Translations under genes and position numbers: made by a program | Notes under the pieces: generated by a model | What the model saw: only the letters and a program-made list of their open reading frames with translations | The model's database searches: none | What the model was told of the DNA's origin: nothing | Shown: positions 33,101 to 40,886 of the stretch, piece after piece | Position numbering within the stretch: the stretch's first letter is position 1 | Layout: each line of letters starts with the position of its first letter | Assembly (NCBI GenBank): GCA_051599415.1 | Contig: AP039706.1 | Location: forward strand, 62,001-126,000 | Length of the DNA stretch: 64,000 nt | Source: Savitreella phatthalungensis | Taxonomy: Eukaryota | Direction: 5' to 3'

Positions 33101-33575
33101 CCACCTGCCCGACCTCAAGTCATCCGCAGATACAGGACTGGCGAAGAAGCAGGCGGCCAAAACTCAAGTGCCAGCAGTCAATTCTTTCGGAGATACTTCA
33201 CTTGGTTTTAACGATGTGCTGAGAGAGCTTCGGGAGTATCATGCAGCGCATCAGGCGCAATCCAGAAAGCTTGATCATCCGGAAGCCTCTGCACTCCACC
33301 AGGAGCGCATGCAGAGATTCCAGGGGCTGCTGCTGTACGCGCTTGCGCTGACAAGGCAGCTCGACAAGATGGATTTGGTCGAGCAGGCATGGGCAAAAGA
33401 GCTGCGTGCGTCGATCAACGCCAAGTACGTCGTCAACATCCGTCGTCAAATCCGACAAGCGACCGACCGCGACCGTCTCCACATCCACAAGTCCTTCTCA
33501 AACCTCATCACCGCATGGCGAATGAAGAGCAAAGTCCGATTCGAGCGCACCTTTCAGAAGCTCAAAGACTCCTGA
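30102..33575 (+). CDS. 1157-aa protein, probable meiotic chromosome-axis core protein (Red1/Rec10/SYCP2-like)
   Basis: Long ORF with a helical N-terminus, a beta-rich PH-like segment, a long disordered S/P/K-rich middle and a helical C-terminus (details in findings). Start codon and possible small introns are uncertain. Confidence 0.65.
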   Translation: MGSSLGAAIQSAIDFFGSLAKLCKSNKRDKAIAIAMLQCQASCSSRLDKAASGLEHAEFEQDILPLTKSQELLKHIIIVRKCAAARDKLNEHEHMLLCLLSIVLRTTLPKQEKLAWCKEISTTCSLSNQSLPFAHITNLVRLIIRLMPQPKSNEVVPSECLDLLVVLLFNSGAVAACLDTEPECLPLQMLSERMFLATSYGEFINIAAFLGQLYSTDHRILETHVFSQTLRKTCLPAFQKLECCETRSEQLDALHLIDHQRHDDPARESFQRFTPSAARYRKKKSKLVDADWSMVVISRTHFTFGSDTREESWPRFEDIPLDQIPDIVRRGPRSLIVKVEPEFSSLLDYLELEFATPEARSSLANLITLHNANVRVSVTEHDVHVTGASTEEDLDRRNLHVRDMAASVSSKSNTSTSAVESSSPLSEVPEEGVVQPPSINSLTKKRAASEVSQDEADEDLPSDPTTAATRKKPITYKAARFKQRTPAKHDVDEANSYDRPPSGGDDDPIAIIHKPKKRRSMVPKKTPKRPPLQDPQISESDVPEGPSGPQSPPRRSQIAISRGDLTKTSADKAPIFKLPKEPERAPPVQAKQPAAIINVKESAKPVGVDWDMIGKPKPVPALNGTGYDKTTDANLQSDTRHDDQEDQDFQQFMNPQPEDEAAEPHADATLASISHEAPTHTNGGTGDVNGYQPQAQVKDSLNKEQLTTSEQRVEQQPAEPIGPHNNQAVSAVPETVISSAPNAEQYVAPPSEQADPSSESMEPVARAASRKGTGHIESLSTQAEGAPQELGKNNQPPRIELESSTSSNDDNTQVATQPIKIGKTKSPVNPENQKAKTSKPETGLYERQGLADRSAAINALVKKKSPKNSSGKSLLSKATVDARSAHFHTPVVKEEILKDPFKDDSVYRRRPTTAVQQKLFDAKWENFQGDIDDLRERTNGLVRGSLKRIRPITMTFDDDEATHNEPQRKLGRLSDVSSSTTVSSPLGKETHSLKDGRATRHLPDLKSSADTGLAKKQAAKTQVPAVNSFGDTSLGFNDVLRELREYHAAHQAQSRKLDHPEASALHQERMQRFQGLLLYALALTRQLDKMDLVEQAWAKELRASINAKYVVNIRRQIRQATDRDRLHIHKSFSNLITAWRMKSKVRFERTFQKLKDS

Positions 33576-33712
33576 ATCCTGAACATCGCCATACTAGCGA
33601 ACGGCGATCCTCGTGTCGCATCGTATCGATATATTATGCACATTTTTCCACTTGTTCCGTTTCGTGTGCGGAAGTGCATGGGCGTGGTCGTGATCATCAG
33701 AGTGAAGCTCAT

Positions 33713-34636
33713 CTACACCTCTCCTGCGCCTGGAACTGCACGGCATTCATCGATGACCTTGCTAAAGTCGAATTCCGGGTCGCCGCGATTGAATGAGGCC
33801 AGTAGATCCTTCCTACCGCCTGCTGTGGGATCCCTATCATCAGGGACGTAGAATCTCTGGAGGGCAGTCATCATCCAACTGGCCTGGAGTGGCGAGAGTG
33901 CGGCTGTGTCTGTGAGATCTCCATTCATGAGGACGAGTCCCTTGTCCTGGACGAGCTCCGGGTGGTGCATGACGACGGTGTGTGGTCTAGCATACTCTCC
34001 CCTCGTCTTGTACTCCAGCAACCCGGTCACCACCAGGTGAGCAGTCCCACGCGCAGGAAACAACCACTGCAAAAAGTGCATCTCGGCCTCAGCCGTTCCA
34101 CCATTCCGAAAGAGCGGCAGCACAAACATAGGATGCCTCCTAGCACTCTCCAGCAACCGTTCATACACATCCTCCGGCACAACCGCGCAAATCGCATTCT
34201 CACTACCAGCAAACCGAGCACGCCAGAGCATCGACACCTCCTCAGCAGGGTGGAGACGGAGCTTGTCGACGTCCATGTACGATGCGAGTGTCTTGTGTGG
34301 TGATGCATTTGGTGTGGATTTCTGGGCCGTGGCGCCTGTGCCTGTGGCTGCAGGCCTCTGTGTGTCGGTTTTTTCGACGGGCGGACGTGTCTGTGCCGAC
34401 TCCGTATCAGCTCGTGTCTGCTCCTGGTCACGCACACGAGCACGGTACTTGGCACGCAAGGCCTCAACAGCGTTACCACCAGACAGACCCTCACGCTGAG
34501 CACGAGCTTTCAGCTTATGTGCGTACTTGTCAGCGATACTAGCGTACCCGCGAAGCTCTGACCTCGAACCACCCGCAATCGAACCGCATCCAAGACGAAA
34601 CGGGCGAGCGTACACGACTATCCTCCGAGCCAGCAT
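33713..34636 (-). CDS. ATP11: Mitochondrial F1-ATPase assembly chaperone Atp11
   Basis: Presequence-like N-terminus, KTLASYMDVDKL, PMFVLPLFR, EMHFLQW, TGLLEYKTRGEYARPH, DKGLVLMNG and LQRFY. Confidence 0.95.
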   Translation of the reverse strand: MLARRIVVYARPFRLGCGSIAGGSRSELRGYASIADKYAHKLKARAQREGLSGGNAVEALRAKYRARVRDQEQTRADTESAQTRPPVEKTDTQRPAATGTGATAQKSTPNASPHKTLASYMDVDKLRLHPAEEVSMLWRARFAGSENAICAVVPEDVYERLLESARRHPMFVLPLFRNGGTAEAEMHFLQWLFPARGTAHLVVTGLLEYKTRGEYARPHTVVMHHPELVQDKGLVLMNGDLTDTAALSPLQASWMMTALQRFYVPDDRDPTAGGRKDLLASFNRGDPEFDFSKVIDECRAVPGAGEV

Positions 34637-35208
34637 TGTAGGTCAACTCTAGCCCGCCTGAAGTCACCTCAAACGGTTGATGTCGTGTGCTCATGACGGA
34701 CTTCTCTCGATGGGCAGCCTGCATAGTTTACAAAGGTGAGGTCTCGAACCCAGCACGTGATAGCTCAGCCCTCCAATTGTGGCTGGAGACTCACGTGCTT
34801 TTCTGTCTGAGTTCGGCCTTCGGAGGATTACTGAAATCCGTAGTCACCCAATTCTTGACAGAAAGAATCAATATGCACATGAAATACTGGAATACGTACG
34901 GAGCTCCGTGCCTCCGAATCTCCAGCAACTCAGCACCACCATCTACTGTATAGCTGTGCAGCTATAGCTATAAAGGATATCTCGTCACAGACATGTGCTC
35001 GGCAGCCAATCACGAGTAATTCCGAAGCTGTGTCAATACAGAATTACCTTCCGTGGGTCACCTTTCCACGTACACGTACAGTATACTGTATATTCTTGCA
35101 CAACGCACTTCTTCTCCTGTCGACCTACAGGATAGAAGGTATTAACATTTCACCCATCCCTTGTGTCTAAGTCAATTGGAATGGATTGTGGAGGTTGAAT
35201 AATCGGAG

Positions 35209-35845
35209 ATGAACGGTATGCAGCGTCCAATGACGTCTTCAAATACTCCCGCGATCTCGACAGACTCTTTCTTCTCCCGGTACCTGTCTGGGCCACTACG
35301 ATTCATCCTGTTTGTGCTATCACTCGCGCTGACGAGCCGGATTGATGACGCTGCAGGCCAGATCGACCGTGATCGCCGTCGGAAAGCGCGACGCGATCGC
35401 GCACGCGCACGCGCTCGTGCTCACTCCTTGAACTCCGGGAGACCGAAAGGTCAAGATACAGAATCAGGATCGGTGTTTGACGCTATTCTCAAGGGAGCCC
35501 ATGCCTCATCACAGACAACATACACAGACGGCTCAGCGAGCGAGAGCGAAGGGTCAAGTATAAACACCGCAAATGGAGCAATTCGAGTGCTCCACTCGTT
35601 CCAGCGCAAGATTGGTCGCGCAGAGGTAAGAATTCTTCCCACAAGGCATTTGGCCCAAAGAGAGAGAGAGGACTGCAAAACTGACCGCGGGGAATTGTTT
35701 TTAGATTGTGAGAGCATGGCAGCTGGAAGGGCTGATTGCAGAGTGGTGCTTTAGAGCGGTCCAACTTGGGTTCCTCGTGTTTCTGGTAGTGGCAGGGTAT
35801 CGGTGGTGGCAAGGGTGTGCATGTAGCAGGCCCGTGACGGCATAA
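35209..35845 (+). CDS. Hypothetical spliced gene encoding a basic protein with a C-terminal transmembrane anchor
   Basis: An intron at 35626-35704 (GTAAGA..CTGAC..TAG) joins the ORF in phase 0 to an exon encoding ...AVQLGFLVFLVVAGYRWWQGCACSRPVTA*. Further in-frame introns are possible at 35280-35336 and 35216-35263. Confidence 0.5.
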
Positions 35846-36596
35846 TCTCAGCTACAGCTACGCCGACACTGGAAAGATGAAGGGCAAGAGGCTGGTTTTA
35901 TCAAGTTATGACGAAAATCTAATGCATGAGAAATCGGGTGATACGAATACGTACTCGTGGTCGATTTGAGCAATCGGTGCATGAAGTAACGAGGACTAGC
36001 ACTAGACGGAGAAGCAACAAGGAAAGTGAGTGATGTACTGGTGAAGTCTGGAGATAAAGTGCATGTGTGTCAAGTGCGGATTATGCGTTCACGTGATGGA
36101 TTTCCCCAAGAGTCTTGTCTTGATTATAGTTGCTCGATCTTGGACTGTTGCGCTCAGGAGATTAATCGTGAGTGTGCATCCATGAAAAGTCGCTTGTCGA
36201 CGACTGTGATGCTTCCACACTCACTCACTTACTCGCTCGCTCACTTACTCATTTGTACATTCACATATTCACTCAATTGCCCATCCACTGGTTCACTCAT
36301 ACAGTCACTCACTGAATGCATCCTATTCATGTGTGCATCCTGGCAGATGCCGAGTGAGTGGACTCCAAAAAGTGTTTGAAACAGGACACTCTATCCGACG
36401 CAAGCTTCTTACCACAGTTAGACCATCCAGTGATTTGCATGGGGGAATAGATTAGATTAGTCAAAGAAAAGGTGAAGGATCATACATACTCGGCAATTGC
36501 ACATGCAGTTGGATTTCTATCTGGAACAAGTTAGAAATGATAGGGTGCTTGCCTATTGGTACGGTTCCTGCCGAAGTGCAGGTGACTGATTGAGTA

Positions 36597-36640
36597 CGTG
36601 AATGAGTAAGTGCGTGAATGAGTAAGTGCGTGAATGAGTA
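36597..36640 (+). repeat. 16-bp tandem repeat CGTGAATGAGTAAGTG x ~2.7
   Basis: Two perfect copies plus a 12-nt partial copy, read directly. Confidence 0.85.
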
Positions 36641-37071
36641 CCCAAACAGTTGGTGAGTGACCAGTCTCAGGTAGATTATCATCTGGAATACGCTGATTTG
36701 AATCCTCTCACTTTTCTCAGATTCTCTGTTTCCTCATGGGTCAATACGAAACACTCGAAGGATTTATTCACAATCATTATATCTGACTAGGGTGAAATTC
36801 ATCAGAGATATGGTTATGATTGCCATGGATTTCAGGTAGATTGTATGTGTATCCAACTGTTCTCCAGCCAAATCAGTATCCGCTCCTCCAACTCAAACAT
36901 CAACCGTGTCTAGATTTGTCTTCTGAGAGTAAAGTAATTCCCCACAGATTCACTCCACACATCCACCTTCGAAGCAGTATCCCATTCAAGCGGGATTTCA
37001 CCCCAGAGTCAACTACTCACTTACTCCAACACCCATCACCTTCAATCACTCACTCACCCTCCAGGTTACTC

Positions 37072-37285
37072 CACTCACTCACTCACTCACTCACTCACTC
37101 ACTCATCCTCCACATCCATCCATCCATCCATCCATCCATCCATCCATCCATCCTCAACGTCTCCAGTTCCTACTACGCTTCCCCCTGACAGACCAGCCAG
37201 GGAGCAAGCCAGCATACACCCACCGTCACCATCACCACAGCGCATCCACCACACCACACCACACAACACCACACAACACCACACC
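37072..37285 (+). repeat. Compound microsatellites (CACT)n, (CATC)n and CACAC/CACAA repeats upstream of the 4CL-like gene
   Basis: Directly visible tandem tetra- and pentanucleotide runs. Confidence 0.85.
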
Positions 37286-37593
37286 GCACCGCAGCATCCC
37301 CATAGACTCTCCCTCCATCCTACCTGTGTCCAACATCCTCACTCAGACTCTCCACTACACTCCACACCACCTCACTCCACTCACCCATTCCCATCCCCCA
37401 ACACATCAAATTCCATCGATAACACGCACCTCTCTCTCTCCAACCCCTTCTCACACATCCTTCAGTCCCCACTTCTTTGTTATTCAGCCGTCGGAGTCAT
37501 CGTCGTCGCCATCACACTAGCAGCATATAGTATATAACACCAACAGCCTTCAACCACCACCACTATCATCAGTCCCTCCTAGATCGTCCAACC

Positions 37594-39216
37594 ATGACCA
37601 TCTTCCACTCACCTTTCCCAGACATCACCCTCCCCAAAACCTCCCTCCCACAATTCCTCCTCGACAGACCCATGCCAGACAGACCCTACATCACAGATGC
37701 AGTCACCGGTCGAACTCACACTTTCCCTCAGATGAAAGACCTCGCAGGCAAGTTTGCACGTGGTCTCGTCGACAACCTGGGCTGGAAGCACGGTCAAGTC
37801 CTCTGCTGCTTCTCACCCAACAACATCGACTTCCCTGCGGTCGTCTTCGGCACCCTCCTTGCAGGCGGAACAATCTCCCCTGCAAACCCAGCATACGGCA
37901 AGGACGAGCTAGTCCATCAGCTCAAAGACTCCAGGTCACGTGCCCTAGTCTGCCACCCAGACCTCCTCTCGGTCGCTCTCCCCGCCGCGCAGCAGGTCGG
38001 AATCCCTCGTGAGGCCATCTTCGTCTTCTCCCAGGAACGTGAAGTCCAGGGCATCCCATCCTGGCAGTCAAACCTCGCCTCATCTCCCCTCGACTTTTCA
38101 CGTGCAAAGCAGATCAATCCAGAAAAGGATCTGGCCTACCTCGTCTACTCGTCTGGAACGACAGGTCTGCCAAAGGGCGTCATGCTCTCCCACAGCAACC
38201 TGACGGCCAATATTTCACAGAATGCAGCGGTCGACGGACAACACTTCAACAAGGATTCCTGCATGGCCGGTGTTCTTCCCTTCTACCACATCTTCGGTCT
38301 GACGTGCATCATGCAGCAGACCTTCTTCAAGCAGATCCGCCTTGTCGTCCATGCCCACTTTGACCTCGAGCGTCTTCTCAAGTCGATTCAGGAGTACCGC
38401 ATCACCTTTGCACACCTCGTCCCACCAATCATTCTCCGTCTGGCCAAGGACGAGATTGTGAGCAAGTACGACCTGTCGAGTCTGCAGATGATCAACTCTG
38501 GCGCAGCTCCCCTGGCAGCCTCGCTCGCTCGTGAGGCCGCAGATCGATGCAAGACAAAGGTCAAGCAGGGCTACGGACTCTCGGAGACAAGTCCGACCTC
38601 CAACACCACCCCGTGGGACAAGTGGGACACGCTCCAGGGCTCAGTCGGCCCGCTCGTGCCGAACCTGCTCGCAAAGATCGTGTCTGACGACGAGAAGGAG
38701 CTCGACTACGAGCAGGACGGCGAGATCTGGTTCAAGGGCCCGTCTGTCATGCAGGGATACCTGAACAACGCAAAGGCGACAGAGAACTCCATCACTCCGG
38801 ACGGCTGGTTCAAGACGGGTGACATTGGTCACTTTGACAAGGAGGGCAACCTGTACATCACCGACCGTGTCAAGGAGCTGATCAAGTTCAAGGGTTTCCA
38901 GGTACCACCGGCAGAGCTCGAGGGCGTCCTCCTCACACACAAGGACGTGATCGACTGCGGTGTCGTCGGCGTCGAAGACCCTTCCCAGGCGACAGAGCTT
39001 CCTCGGGCGTATGTGGTTGTCCGAGAAGGCGTGAAGACGTCTGAAGCTCTGGCAAAGGACATTGCAGCCCACGTCGCTTCCAAGGTAGCAAAGCACAAGC
39101 AGCTCCGCGGCGGTGTTCTCTTCATCCCAGAGATCCCAAAGTCACCATCAGGCAAGATTCTCAGAAGAGTCCTGCGCGACCGAAAGGACCCACTTGCACC
39201 CAAGGCCAGGCTTTAG
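37594..39216 (+). CDS. Peroxisomal 4-coumarate-CoA ligase-like / acyl-CoA synthetase (ANL superfamily)
   Basis: AMP-binding motif YSSGTTGLPKGVMLSH, QGYGLSETSP, GWFKTGDIG, DRVKELIKFKGFQVPPAELE and IPKSPSGKILRR; C-terminal PTS1-like ARL. Confidence 0.93.
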   Translation: MTIFHSPFPDITLPKTSLPQFLLDRPMPDRPYITDAVTGRTHTFPQMKDLAGKFARGLVDNLGWKHGQVLCCFSPNNIDFPAVVFGTLLAGGTISPANPAYGKDELVHQLKDSRSRALVCHPDLLSVALPAAQQVGIPREAIFVFSQEREVQGIPSWQSNLASSPLDFSRAKQINPEKDLAYLVYSSGTTGLPKGVMLSHSNLTANISQNAAVDGQHFNKDSCMAGVLPFYHIFGLTCIMQQTFFKQIRLVVHAHFDLERLLKSIQEYRITFAHLVPPIILRLAKDEIVSKYDLSSLQMINSGAAPLAASLAREAADRCKTKVKQGYGLSETSPTSNTTPWDKWDTLQGSVGPLVPNLLAKIVSDDEKELDYEQDGEIWFKGPSVMQGYLNNAKATENSITPDGWFKTGDIGHFDKEGNLYITDRVKELIKFKGFQVPPAELEGVLLTHKDVIDCGVVGVEDPSQATELPRAYVVVREGVKTSEALAKDIAAHVASKVAKHKQLRGGVLFIPEIPKSPSGKILRRVLRDRKDPLAPKARL

Positions 39217-39639
39217 GTACCGTTGCAGGAGCAACTCAGGAGGAGTATCACTCTCATACAGACCGGAGAGGATCTCGCTTGTGGCAGCTTTAGACTTATA
39301 GATCCAAGTCACAGGAGTGAGATGAGAGCGAGCATGTCCTCGGACAACGATGCAATATATACTGTAGCTCTATTTCAACAACCATCGAGATAGACCCCAC
39401 AACATTCCACATATATGCACTTACCGTATTAGAAGGGTGAAGATCCGGTGAACAGTATATACACTGAAAGTCAGGCACCGCCATCACACCCTCTCTCACA
39501 CCCTCTCTCAAACGCGCAAACTCCCTAGCACGAGCTCAGAACCTCTCTCGACGCCCGAAGGCTAACCCGTCTCTCCTGAGCCTCATTACCGGCTCACCCC
39601 TGACCCCTCCAAACTCAAGAGTCTCTTTTTTCCCGAACG

Positions 39640-40236
39640 ATGGTCTCGTTCTCGTGCGACGCATGCCAGGACACCATCAAGAAGCCGAAGCTAAACCAGC
39701 TCTACGGCCGCTGCAGATCCTCGGTGACATGTATTGACTGCTCGAAAACCTTCTACAACCCTCACGAGTTCTCGTCCCACGACAAATGCATCACTGAGGC
39801 AGAAGCCTACATGGGCGCGCTCTACAAGCCCAAGTCCACCAAATCACAGCCTCTACCTACCCCTTCTCAGCCACCAAACCCCTCGACCGACCCACACCAG
39901 CAGAGCAAGGACGACAAGCGTGCAGGCAAAGCAGCTCGCAAGGCTGCCAAACTAGAAGCCTCCTCTTCCTCCAAGCGCAAGCTTCCTTCCCAGGACACCC
40001 CTACCACCACCAAGAAGACCAAGACGACTACGCCTGAAACCCCTATGACCGTCGCGACCGCCGCCTTCGATCGCCTGTCTGGCGATGGGAGTGCTGGTGT
40101 ACCCTTAGATAGGTTGCTGAAGGAGATGCGGTCGGTGTGTGGGTCACGGGCTATGGGCAAACAGCTGCTGTCAACGATCGATGTCAGGCGATCACGCAAG
40201 TCACCGTCTTCGTTGGATGTCGGATTCCGTCTGTAG
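39640..40236 (+). CDS. LYAR-type C2HC zinc finger nucleolar protein
   Basis: MVSFSCDACQDTIKKPKL...CIDCSKTF...H..CITEAE.Y.GALY followed by a lysine-rich tail. Confidence 0.88.
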   Translation: MVSFSCDACQDTIKKPKLNQLYGRCRSSVTCIDCSKTFYNPHEFSSHDKCITEAEAYMGALYKPKSTKSQPLPTPSQPPNPSTDPHQQSKDDKRAGKAARKAAKLEASSSSKRKLPSQDTPTTTKKTKTTTPETPMTVATAAFDRLSGDGSAGVPLDRLLKEMRSVCGSRAMGKQLLSTIDVRRSRKSPSSLDVGFRL

Positions 40237-40315
40237 CCATATAATAAATTAACCTCCCTCCCTCCCGACCGCGCGTTCGTCCGTGCGTCATAGGGCACCA
40301 CCTAAATACATATCA

Positions 40316-40810
40316 ATGACAACTCGCGGTCGTGGACATGGACGTAAGGACGTCAAGCGTTCGGGACGTCCAGCGAAGCCTGTGGAATCGCTCCTGTTCG
40401 ATACGGATGCGCGTAGTGCGTACCTGGTGTCGCAGACGCGAGCCGGCAGAGATCGGCGTAAGGCGCGTGCTGGCAGGGCGGCCGAGCGAGAGAAAGAGCA
40501 GCGGAGGAAGTTGAAGAGGGAGGCGAGAGAGAGTAGGAAGAAGAGGGTGGTGGAGGCCGTGAGGAAGTATCGGTCGATGACGGCGTTCGACAATGTCACT
40601 GAAGATCTGCCGGCAGACGGTCGACCGGCAGAGGATGAGGAGTGGGCGGGATTCGATACGCCGGCAGCGGATGAGACGATCGAGACCACAGCCACGACAA
40701 CGACAAGGTACAAGGTCAGGCACACGGCCGCTGACGATCATCACGATAACGACGACGGCGGGGAAGAAGATGAAGAGGATGAAGTCACGGTGACGGTGAC
40801 GGCCTTATGA
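40316..40810 (+). CDS. RRP17: Rrp17/Nop25 (NOL12)-like ribosome biogenesis protein, divergent
   Basis: FDTDARSAYL, a basic coiled coil, EDEEWAGFD and a terminal VTVTVTAL fit the family layout, but the usual TGFHKRK motif is missing. Confidence 0.6.
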   Translation: MTTRGRGHGRKDVKRSGRPAKPVESLLFDTDARSAYLVSQTRAGRDRRKARAGRAAEREKEQRRKLKREARESRKKRVVEAVRKYRSMTAFDNVTEDLPADGRPAEDEEWAGFDTPAADETIETTATTTTRYKVRHTAADDHHDNDDGGEEDEEDEVTVTVTAL

Positions 40811-40886
40811 TCTGGCGACTGGTTTCTAATACTTATGTTTCTGGGAAGGGGAATGGATGGTACAAGAGGAGCTAGAGTCACATTTT

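Noticed and set aside
36597..36640. CRISPR-like or mobile-element repeat
   Set aside because: Head-to-tail 16-mers without spacers in eukaryotic DNA, with no cas, transposase or reverse transcriptase in the window.
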